From an uncultured Polyangiaceae bacterium (GTDB lineage: Bacteria; Acidobacteriota; Thermoanaerobaculia; Multivoradales; JAHEKO01): 64,000 nucleotides of DNA. Below the pieces are notes generated by a model. The model searched no databases. It had not been told where the DNA came from and worked only from the letters and a program-made list of their open reading frames with translations. The position numbers and the translations under genes are program-made. Below, in pieces: positions 28,407 through 36,725 of this stretch (positions are counted from its first letter, which is position 1; each line of letters starts with the position of its first letter). Location of the stretch: assembly GCA_964195975.1 (NCBI GenBank), contig CAXMQZ010000087.1, positions 747-64,746 of the forward strand, given 5' to 3'.

Positions 28407-30119
28407 GTGACTCGACTCGGCGAGCTACTAGTCAAAGCGGGCAAGATCACTGACGATCAGCTCGAGAACGCTCTTTCGGCGCAGCAGACCGACGGTGGTC
28501 GGGTCGGAACTCATCTCGTCAAGTTGGGTTTTATCGACGACGACGACTTGGTCGAGTTCTTGTCGCAGAGATATGGGGTCCCGGCAATCAATCTTGGTGA
28601 GATCGAGGTCGACGAGTCGATCATAGGAATCATTCCAGCCGAAGTCGCGCGCAAGTACACAATCCTGCCGGTATCGAAAGCAGGAGCCAAGCTGACCATT
28701 GCAATGGTCGATCCGACCAATGTCTTCGCGATGGATGACGTGAAGTTCATGACGGGCTACAACGTCGAGCCGGTCGTAGCCTCGGACTCCTCGCTGCGCG
28801 GCGCAATCGACCAGTACTACGGCAGCACTCACTCCATCGAGCTCAAAAAGGTCATGGAGGATCTGGCCGACACCGATGAAACCGATCTGGAAGTTCTCGA
28901 AGAAGAGGAAGATCTCGATCTCGAGGCTCTGGAAGCAGAATCGGAGGAGGCGCCTGTTGTACGACTGGTCAACATCATCTTGACCGATGCCATCAAGCGT
29001 GGGGCTTCGGATATTCATGTCGAGCCTTATGAGAAGGACTTCCGGGTTCGCTACAGACTGGATGGTCTTCTCTACGAAATGATGCGTCCGCCCTTGAGGC
29101 TCAAGGAGGCCATCACCAGCCGTCTCAAGATCATGGCCAAGCTCGACATCGCCGAGAAGCGACTGCCGCAGGATGGCCGCATCAAGATCAAGACGCGGGT
29201 CGGTGGCAAGGTCAAGGATCTCGACTTTCGAGTCTCCGTCCTACCGACGATTTTTGGCGAGAAGATCGTTCTTCGCTTACTCGACAAAGACAACCTGGAG
29301 CTCGACATGACCAAGCTGGGATTCGAGTCGGAATCCTTGCGTCGATTCGAACAGGCTGTTCTCAGGCCCTTTGGCATGGTGCTTGTTACCGGTCCAACGG
29401 GATCTGGGAAGACAAATACTCTGTACTCCGCTCTATCTCGAATCAACACACCCGAGACCAACATCATGACGGCCGAGGATCCGGTCGAATTCAACCTGGT
29501 TGGTGTCAACCAGGTCCAGATGAAAGAGCAGATCGGTCTCAATTTCGCTTCAGCTCTACGCTCCTTCCTGCGTCAGGATCCAAACATCATTCTTGTGGGT
29601 GAGATTCGAGATTTCGAAACCGCAGAAGTCGCTATCAAGGCAGCGCTAACCGGCCACTTGGTGTTGTCCACTCTTCATACCAATGATGCCCCTTCTTCGA
29701 TCAACCGCATGATGAACATGGGCATCGAGCCTTTTCTGGTGGCGAGCTCGGTGAATCTCATTGCGGCGCAGCGTCTCATTCGAAGGATATGCACGACCTG
29801 TAAAGAGCCGCTCGAAGTGCCGGAGCAGGCCCTTCTGGACATCGGTTTCTCGAAGTCAGATACCGAGGCCCTCAAGCTCTTCCGAGGAAAGGGCTGCGAG
29901 CGATGCGGTGGTACGGGCTTCAAAGGGAGAATCGCCCTGTTTGAAGTCATGGACGTCGACGAAGGGATCCGCGAGTTGATTCTCTCCGGCGGCAGTGCAA
30001 ACGAGCTGCGGATGCAATCCCTCGAGAACGGAATGATCAGTCTTCGCGCCAGTGGCCTGCAGAAGATTCGTCAAGGTCTGACAACTCTCGAAGAGGTACT
30101 TCGAGAAACGGTCGCCTAA
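28407..30119 (+). CDS. GspE/PilB-family secretion ATPase (type II secretion / type IV pilus assembly)
   Basis: It has a T2SSE_N domain and Walker A GPTGSGKTN. It also carries the tetracysteine motif CTTC...CERCGG. Confidence 0.85.
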   Translation: MTRLGELLVKAGKITDDQLENALSAQQTDGGRVGTHLVKLGFIDDDDLVEFLSQRYGVPAINLGEIEVDESIIGIIPAEVARKYTILPVSKAGAKLTIAMVDPTNVFAMDDVKFMTGYNVEPVVASDSSLRGAIDQYYGSTHSIELKKVMEDLADTDETDLEVLEEEEDLDLEALEAESEEAPVVRLVNIILTDAIKRGASDIHVEPYEKDFRVRYRLDGLLYEMMRPPLRLKEAITSRLKIMAKLDIAEKRLPQDGRIKIKTRVGGKVKDLDFRVSVLPTIFGEKIVLRLLDKDNLELDMTKLGFESESLRRFEQAVLRPFGMVLVTGPTGSGKTNTLYSALSRINTPETNIMTAEDPVEFNLVGVNQVQMKEQIGLNFASALRSFLRQDPNIILVGEIRDFETAEVAIKAALTGHLVLSTLHTNDAPSSINRMMNMGIEPFLVASSVNLIAAQRLIRRICTTCKEPLEVPEQALLDIGFSKSDTEALKLFRGKGCERCGGTGFKGRIALFEVMDVDEGIRELILSGGSANELRMQSLENGMISLRASGLQKIRQGLTTLEEVLRETVA

Positions 30120-30137
30120 AAGTCCGTCCAAGTTCTG

Positions 30138-30701
30138 TCAGGCCCGACTATCCCAGAGCACTTCCGGAACACCCTTCTTCAGATTCTCGTAACGCGCCAT
30201 TACAAACAGGGCGTCAGAAAGACGGTTGAGGTATTCGATCGCTACCGGATTGACTGCCTCTTGCGCGGACAAACCTACGAGGTCTCGCTCGGCCCTGCGG
30301 CACACAGTTCGAGCCATGTGGAGTTGTGCGGCGCCACCGCTTCCGCCTGGCAGAATGAAGTTTTCGAGCGGTGGCAACTCTTCTGAAAATGAATCCATGA
30401 TCGACTCGAGAGAATCGACATGCCGTTGCTCGATGACCGGAACAGGCATGGCTTGCTTGTCCTCTTCGAGGATGCATAGATCCGATCCGAGGTTGAAGAG
30501 CTCATTCTGAATTCGACCCAGTTTGTCTCTGATCGAACCCTCCAGACCGGTTGTCATGGCGACTCCGATCGCGGAGTTGAGCTCATCCACCGTTCCATAG
30601 GCGTTGATCCGCAGTGAGTTTTTCCTGACTCGCTGGCCACCACCGAGCGCGGTTGTACCGTCGTCTCCAGTTCGCGTGTAAACTTTTGTAATCCTCGGCA
30701 T
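30138..30701 (-). CDS. PduO-type ATP:cob(I)alamin adenosyltransferase
   Basis: The N-terminus [17 protein letters not shown] is characteristic of the PduO/MMAB family. Confidence 0.8.
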   Translation of the reverse strand: MPRITKVYTRTGDDGTTALGGGQRVRKNSLRINAYGTVDELNSAIGVAMTTGLEGSIRDKLGRIQNELFNLGSDLCILEEDKQAMPVPVIEQRHVDSLESIMDSFSEELPPLENFILPGGSGGAAQLHMARTVCRRAERDLVGLSAQEAVNPVAIEYLNRLSDALFVMARYENLKKGVPEVLWDSRA

Positions 30702-30758
30702 TCGTCACCGCTCTTTTGGAGCAGCACCGAGTCTAACTCAAGCGTCGCCTGCACATAA

Positions 30759-32600
30759 GTGGCCCCCTCGATGGTTCAACCGCGCTCGACACCAACCCCC
30801 TCTCCACGGGTGGTGCTCCAGGTGCCCCGGGGAGACGACATCAGGTGGATGGAGTTTCTCGCCCCGACTGAGATTCTTCAGACCCGGGATCTCTCTCAGG
30901 TTCACTTCATTCTGGACAGAGTCGACCGTGCAGCCGCCGCAGGTCAATTCGCCGCCGGCTTCGTGAGTTACGAAGCGGCTCCGGCCTTCGACTCCGCCTT
31001 GACCACAGCCCAGCCAGCCGGCCCACCATTGGTTTGGTTTGGACTTTTTGACCAGAATCGAATCTTGGAGCCTGCGCCGACCGAACGAGCCAAGGTCATC
31101 CAACAGCTCGACTGGCAACCGATCATCTCAAAACAAACCTATTACTCCTGCGTTGAAACCATTCACCGACATATCGCGAACGGCGACACCTACCAGGTCA
31201 ATCTGACCTTTCCTCTCGAGGCCAACTCGAGCGGTGTCGAGCCCTGGGAGCTCTTCGTGCAGCTCTGCCGCCAGCAGAGATCGAGTTGCTGCGCCTTTGT
31301 CGACACGGGCGACTGGGTATTATGCTCTGCCTCGCCGGAGCTCTTCTTCGCACTCGATCAAAATCGAATCGTTTGTCGACCGATGAAAGGAACAGTGGGG
31401 CGAGGGCGGACCCTCCGCGAAGACGAGTGCAATTCCGCATGGCTTCGCAACTCTGAGAAAAACCGAGCCGAAAACGTGATGATCGTCGACATGGTTCGAA
31501 ACGATCTCGGCCGTATTGCCCATCCCGAGACTGTCGAAGTCACACGACTCTGGGAACTGGAGAGGTATCCGTCGCTGTTTCAGCTCACCTCGACAGTCGA
31601 GGCGGATACCGATGCCCAATTGCCCGAGATTTTCTCGGCATTGTTTCCCTGTGCGTCGATCACCGGAGCACCCAAGATCCGAGCCAGCGAGATCATTATG
31701 GATCTCGAGCGTCAGCCCAGAGGCGTCTATACGGGCGCCATCGGGTTTGTCGGTCCTCAAAGGCAGGCTAGATTCAATGTCGCCATTCGGACCATCCAGA
31801 TCGATCGCAAACTGGATCTCGCTCGGTATGGAACCGGTGGCGGTATTGTCTGGGAATCCTCAGCCGAGGATGAGTGGCTGGAGTGTCGAACCAAGGGACT
31901 GGTTCTGAAATCGGCCCAGCCGGACTTCGATCTCCTCGAAACCCTTCTCTGGACTCCTTCCGAGGGATACCTGCTTCTCGACAGGCATCTCGAGCGCCTC
32001 CGAGATTCGGCAAACTTCTTCGACTACCCCCTCGATCTGGACACAGTACGCGCCGAGTTGGACCGGCAGACGAAAAGTAACGGAGCCTCCGACAAGCGAA
32101 TTAGACTGTTGGTGAGCGAGTCAGGTGCTGTCAGAGTCGAGGCCGCGGCAGTCGATTCTGATTCGAGACCGTGGAGAGTCGCTTTGGCCTCCGACCCAAT
32201 CGATTCGAGTGATCATTTCTTGTTCCACAAGACGACGAACCGGACTGTTTACGACCGGCGGCGTCAGGAGTTTCCCGACTTCGAAGATGTCATCTTGTGG
32301 AACGAGAGACACGAACTGACGGAGTCCAGCCTGGCCAATATTGTCCTTCGTTTCGGAGATAAGCTCTACACTCCACCGATCGATTCTGGGCTACTTGCAG
32401 GCACCATGCGTGCCGAGTTGCTCGAACAGGGTCGAATCATGGAACGAAGGCTAGACATCCAAGACTTGTTTCGAGCTGACGAGCTTGTTCTGATCAATTC
32501 CGTCCGAGGCTGGATAGAGGCTCGGCTTATGAACTCCAGCGACCCCGAGGCGGGCGTTCAGATCGAGCTTTCCGAACCGGTCGCAGCCAAGCCCGATTGA
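30759..32600 (+). CDS. bifunctional aminodeoxychorismate synthase component I / aminodeoxychorismate lyase (PabB-PabC fusion)
   Basis: A chorismate-binding domain (..GDTYQVNLTFP.., ..PMKGT.., ..SITGAPKIRA..) is followed by a class-IV aminotransferase (PabC-like) C-terminal domain. Confidence 0.75.
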   Translation: MAPSMVQPRSTPTPSPRVVLQVPRGDDIRWMEFLAPTEILQTRDLSQVHFILDRVDRAAAAGQFAAGFVSYEAAPAFDSALTTAQPAGPPLVWFGLFDQNRILEPAPTERAKVIQQLDWQPIISKQTYYSCVETIHRHIANGDTYQVNLTFPLEANSSGVEPWELFVQLCRQQRSSCCAFVDTGDWVLCSASPELFFALDQNRIVCRPMKGTVGRGRTLREDECNSAWLRNSEKNRAENVMIVDMVRNDLGRIAHPETVEVTRLWELERYPSLFQLTSTVEADTDAQLPEIFSALFPCASITGAPKIRASEIIMDLERQPRGVYTGAIGFVGPQRQARFNVAIRTIQIDRKLDLARYGTGGGIVWESSAEDEWLECRTKGLVLKSAQPDFDLLETLLWTPSEGYLLLDRHLERLRDSANFFDYPLDLDTVRAELDRQTKSNGASDKRIRLLVSESGAVRVEAAAVDSDSRPWRVALASDPIDSSDHFLFHKTTNRTVYDRRRQEFPDFEDVILWNERHELTESSLANIVLRFGDKLYTPPIDSGLLAGTMRAELLEQGRIMERRLDIQDLFRADELVLINSVRGWIEARLMNSSDPEAGVQIELSEPVAAKPD

Positions 32601-32664
32601 GTTCCAGCAGGGGTTGAAACAACCATCCCCTGCTCGCCGTAAAGATGATAGGAGGAGCTATCCC

Positions 32665-32943
32665 ATGCTTGAATTCATCCTTATCTCTGGCCTGATGATC
32701 GCGGTTGCGATCTTCGGCGTTATCCTCTTCGTGCTCGGGTTTTTTCTCAAGCTGGTGTTTCGAGTCCTGCTGCTCCCATTTGCGCTTCTCGGTGGTGTCT
32801 TGAAAGTTGTGCTACTTCTTCCGCTGCTGATAGTTGGGTTGGTGGTGGCACCGGTCATATTTGCCGTGTTGCTCCTGATGGCGCTACCGATCCTGCTCTT
32901 GATGGGTCTATTCGGCTTCGGTTGGGCTGTCGTAGCTGCCTGA
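32665..32943 (+). CDS. small hydrophobic membrane protein (hypothetical)
   Basis: About 92 aa with 3 predicted TM helices. An AGGAGG ribosome-binding site lies 8 nt upstream of ATG 32665. Confidence 0.3.
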   Translation: MLEFILISGLMIAVAIFGVILFVLGFFLKLVFRVLLLPFALLGGVLKVVLLLPLLIVGLVVAPVIFAVLLLMALPILLLMGLFGFGWAVVAA

Positions 32944-33093
32944 CACCACTCCTGGCCACCGCTGCGAGACACGCCGTCCCCACGACTCTGGCAGGTCCGA
33001 CCCTCTAGCAGGTTGAGGCGACGATATACTGGTCGAAGATCTGTCGTTGTTCAACGTTTGCCCAAATTATTCATGGGGGCTAGGAGGGACGAG

Positions 33094-33684
33094 ATGTTCA
33101 AAAGACCCTTATCATGGTTGCTTGCGCCTGTCGGCATCGTCGCACTGACCTTGCTGACAGGATGTGGTCCGTACAACAACTTGGTAGCGCTGGAGGAGGG
33201 CGTAGATACTGCTTGGAGCCAAGTCGAGAATGTCTATCAACGACGTGCCGATTTGATTCCCAACCTTGTAAACACGGTCAAAGGAGCTGCCGATTTCGAA
33301 CAGGACACGCTGACACAGGTTGTCGAGGCCCGCGCCAAGGTTGGACAAGTCAACTTCCAGGGGGCCCCGGACGCCGGGCAACTCCAGCAGTTTCAGGCCG
33401 CTCAAGACCAGCTGTCATCGGCCCTATCCCGCTTGCTAGTAGTCGTAGAGCAGTATCCCGACATCAAAGCGACCCAGTCGTTTCGTGACCTGCAGGCCCA
33501 ATTGGAGGGCACCGAGAATCGGATCGCTGTGGAACGGCGTCGGTTCAACGAGGCGACCCAGGTATACAACACCACGCGTCGGCAGTTCCCATCGGTTCTC
33601 TACGCCAAGGCTTTCGACTTCGAGCAAAAGCCGTACTTCGAGTCCAGTCCGGGTGCCGAAGAGGTTCCAGTAGTCGAGTTCTAG
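33094..33684 (+). CDS. lemA: LemA family protein
   Basis: N-terminal TM segment followed by a LemA core (..VENVYQRRADLIPNLVNTVKG.., ..QYPDIKATQSFRDLQAQLEGTENRIAVERRRFNE..). Confidence 0.8.
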   Translation: MFKRPLSWLLAPVGIVALTLLTGCGPYNNLVALEEGVDTAWSQVENVYQRRADLIPNLVNTVKGAADFEQDTLTQVVEARAKVGQVNFQGAPDAGQLQQFQAAQDQLSSALSRLLVVVEQYPDIKATQSFRDLQAQLEGTENRIAVERRRFNEATQVYNTTRRQFPSVLYAKAFDFEQKPYFESSPGAEEVPVVEF

Positions 33685-33695
33685 GGTCTCTCGAA

Positions 33696-34352
33696 TTGGC
33701 TGTGACCGATTTCTTCTCCGAGCAGGAACTGGAAGCCGTTCGAGCCGCAACCCTCGCGGCTGAGTCCCAGACCGGTGGTGAGTTGGTCTGCGTGATCGTC
33801 GAACGCTGCGACAGCTATGAAGCTTCCTGGTGGAAGGTTGCCACGCTCGGCGCCCTGGCCGGATCCATATTGGCCTCCCTTTGGTACTCATCGAGAGGTG
33901 GCTGGGGTGGACCGACGGCGTCGTGGATACTGCTTCCTCCGGTGACAGGCGCTGCGGTTGGCCTCTTGCTGGTCCTGATCGTGCCGTGGCTTCAGCGGCT
34001 TCTGATTCCAGCAGGAGTCATCGAGCGCCGAGTCGACCGTCGAGCTGCGGTGGCGTTTCTCGAAGAGGAGGTCTTTGCCACTCGCGATCGGACCGGAGTG
34101 CTGATCTTCTTGGCCCTATTCGAACATCAGATTCGAATTCTTCGCGACCAAGGTGTCGAAGACAAAGTCCCTCCAACCGCATGGTCTGAGATCGCAGACG
34201 ATTTGACTCGGGGTCTTCGATCCGGACATCCAGGATCGGCCCTCGTTCGTGCAATCGAAGCCTCCGGCAACCTGCTCACCAAAAGCGGCGTAGCGCGACG
34301 GACCGATGACCGTGACGAGTTGAGCAATGAGCCCAGACTCCACGATGAGTAG
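33696..34352 (+). CDS. TPM-domain-like membrane protein of LemA operon
   Basis: The N-terminus FSEQELEAVRAATLAAESQTGGELVCVIV resembles the TPM or DUF477 pattern. Two TM helices follow. Confidence 0.5.
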   Translation: MAVTDFFSEQELEAVRAATLAAESQTGGELVCVIVERCDSYEASWWKVATLGALAGSILASLWYSSRGGWGGPTASWILLPPVTGAAVGLLLVLIVPWLQRLLIPAGVIERRVDRRAAVAFLEEEVFATRDRTGVLIFLALFEHQIRILRDQGVEDKVPPTAWSEIADDLTRGLRSGHPGSALVRAIEASGNLLTKSGVARRTDDRDELSNEPRLHDE

Positions 34353-35280
34353 CCGTCGAGTGTGGCGACTGACCGCGCTGGTTGCTTGTGCTGTCGGATG
34401 GGGCTGGATCTCGCCCGCCGCAGGCAAGGAAGTTCCTTTTCTCTCCGGGCGAGTCAACGACCTGGCAGATCTCCTGTCTAGCCAAGCAGAGAACGATATC
34501 GAAATGCGGCTCGAAGCGCTCGAGACCGAGAGCGGAGCGCAGATTGCCGTGCTGACAATCCACAGTCTGGAAGGCGAGGTTCTAGAAGATTACAGTCTTC
34601 AAGTGGCCGAGACCTGGAAATTGGGTCGTGGACAATTCGACGACGGTGCATTGTTACTGATTGTCCGAGACGAGCGTAAGATGAGACTCGAGGTGGGTTA
34701 TGGCCTCGAGCCCATTTTGCCGGATGCCATCGCCAAACGTATCCTCGATACCGTACTTCAACCCCGCTTCCGTGAAGGTGATTTTGACGGCGGAGTGATC
34801 GCCTCGATCGATACTATCGCGGGTCTTGTCAAGGGTGATGGAACGTTGCCTCCACCCGCAATCGATCCAGCTGCCGGCAGCCGACGACATGGTCCCTCAA
34901 ACGCGATCGGCTTCCTCGTGTTCCTGGCAATTGTGGGGCTGTTCTCACTGCAGGCCCTATCCTCTCGAGGGTGTGCGGGTTGGGGATTGTATCTGTTCTT
35001 GCTGCCGTTCTGGATCTTCTTCCCGATCGCAATCTTCGGTAGACCGGGAGGCTATATCCCGGGAGTCCTTTGGATTGTCGGGTTCCCCTTGCTTTGGCTT
35101 GTGCTCCACCGCACCTCTGGCGGCAAGAAGTGGTTCGATCGCCACGATGGGGGTGGTGGTGGACCCCTCATCTTTGGCGGTGGTGGTGGTGGCTGGTCGT
35201 CTTCGGGAGGCGGTTTTGGTGGCGGATTCAGCGGTGGAGGTGGAAGCTTTGGCGGTGGCGGGGCCTCGGGCAGTTGGTAG
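34327..35280 (+). CDS. TPM-domain protein (YgcG-like) with Gly-rich C-terminal tail
   Basis: It has a signal peptide and a TPM core (..LEALETESGAQIAVLTIHSLEG...LLLIVRDERKMRLEVGYGLEPILPDAIAKRI..). These are followed by TM segments and a GGGGGxxGGGG tail. Confidence 0.75.
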   Translation: MSPDSTMSSRRVWRLTALVACAVGWGWISPAAGKEVPFLSGRVNDLADLLSSQAENDIEMRLEALETESGAQIAVLTIHSLEGEVLEDYSLQVAETWKLGRGQFDDGALLLIVRDERKMRLEVGYGLEPILPDAIAKRILDTVLQPRFREGDFDGGVIASIDTIAGLVKGDGTLPPPAIDPAAGSRRHGPSNAIGFLVFLAIVGLFSLQALSSRGCAGWGLYLFLLPFWIFFPIAIFGRPGGYIPGVLWIVGFPLLWLVLHRTSGGKKWFDRHDGGGGGPLIFGGGGGGWSSSGGGFGGGFSGGGGSFGGGGASGSW

Positions 35281-35411
35281 ACAGCCTTGGCACGATCCTC
35301 TTGTTTTGTCGGCTTCGACAGCCCTGTGTAGCCTCGCACAGACCCAAAACCAGAATAAACGATAGGATTCGGGGGCGAATCGGCCTCAAAAGCCGATCAG
35401 GGAAGTCACTA

Positions 35412-36632
35412 ATGAGCTCGAAACGTTGCCACTGGTTTGTCCTAGGACTTCTGATCGCCCTGATCAGTTCGGCCGGTTTTGCGGCCGGGTTTGTCGAGGA
35501 GATAGTTTCGTTCTCGACTCACGATGGACTGACACTCGAAGGCGTATTGACCTACCCGGCAGGTGAAGTCGGGCCATTTCCTGGCATGCTTCTGATTGCG
35601 GGGAGCGGCCTTCAAGACGCAGACGTGTCGATTCACGAGCCAACTCTGAGCATCACCTATGGGATGCAGAAGCACTTTCAGGTACTGAGTCGGCACTTCA
35701 GTCGAAACGGATGGGCCGTCCTGCGCTATAACAAGCGCGGTGCGAGCTTCGATCACATCGACGATCGTCCCGATATCCTGAAAGCATCGAGTCTTGATGA
35801 TCTTGTCGAGGACGCACGAAGTGCTCTCCGCGAGCTTCTGAGACACCCAAAGGTCGCCGCAAAACCCCTGGTCATCTATGGGCATTCCGAGGGCACCATG
35901 GTTGCGACTCGGCTGGCCGCCGACCAGGGGCAACTCGACCTTCTGGTGCTGGCTGGTAGCGTCGCCGGAGACTATTCAGAGCTGCTCGAATACCAGTTGG
36001 TAGACCGCAACCTCATGTTTTTCCGCCAGGCTGCAGACACCGACGGAGACGGAGCACTGACCCGAAAAGAGCTGAACGCCCTCGACAACCAGAATGGTAT
36101 GGGGTCGATATACGTTCGTAATTCAGCAGAGCTATTGTTCGAGCTCGTCAAGTCCCCTAGCGGTACGTCCCTGGTTCGAGGGTTCAATCCAGCTACGGAT
36201 AGAAATGCTGACGGTCAGCTGCAGATTGCAGATGAGATCGATCCTGCGTTGCGAGCTGCAGCAAGCCGACTTGTCGCTCTGGGTCGGACCGGCGTTCTTG
36301 GTGAGTACCTTCAAAGCCTGTTGATGGCAAGGCCGAACAAGTCGATCATTCATCGTGTCAATGCACGCGTGCTCTTTGTGCATGGCGAGTTGGACGTGCA
36401 AACGCCCTTGGATGAGGCGTTGATTCTGATGGCCAAGATGGAATCAAACGACCGCAGCGATTACGACGCCCTGTTCCTTCCGAATCTCGGTCACACATTC
36501 TCTCCACCCAACGACTACTTTGCCGGCGATGGCAAGCTGTCGATCCTGGACAACCTGACGCTCAACGTGCCCAAGTTCGAAGTCCGCCGACGGCTGTTGG
36601 GGCGCATCGAAGACATACTCCAGATTCAGTAG
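35412..36632 (+). CDS. secreted alpha/beta-hydrolase with inserted EF-hand-like Ca-binding loops
   Basis: It has a signal peptide and a GHSEG nucleophile elbow. DxDxDG loops are present (DTDGDGALTRKELNALD and DRNADGQLQIADEID). Confidence 0.65.
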   Translation: MSSKRCHWFVLGLLIALISSAGFAAGFVEEIVSFSTHDGLTLEGVLTYPAGEVGPFPGMLLIAGSGLQDADVSIHEPTLSITYGMQKHFQVLSRHFSRNGWAVLRYNKRGASFDHIDDRPDILKASSLDDLVEDARSALRELLRHPKVAAKPLVIYGHSEGTMVATRLAADQGQLDLLVLAGSVAGDYSELLEYQLVDRNLMFFRQAADTDGDGALTRKELNALDNQNGMGSIYVRNSAELLFELVKSPSGTSLVRGFNPATDRNADGQLQIADEIDPALRAAASRLVALGRTGVLGEYLQSLLMARPNKSIIHRVNARVLFVHGELDVQTPLDEALILMAKMESNDRSDYDALFLPNLGHTFSPPNDYFAGDGKLSILDNLTLNVPKFEVRRRLLGRIEDILQIQ

Positions 36633-36725
36633 TTCTCAGTCCGGCGTGTTCATAACCGCGCTGGAATCCCCTTGCAGCGGAAGACATCACAGCCGATCTG
36701 TTGAGTCACTGGCAAACTCGACAGG

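Noticed and set aside
35070-35411. N-terminal extension of the hydrolase ORF rich in Trp/Arg (WRWWWWLVVFGRRFWW...)
   Set aside because: It reads the GGT-rich poly-Gly tail of the preceding TPM gene in a different frame. The true start is taken at Met 35412, followed by a signal peptide.
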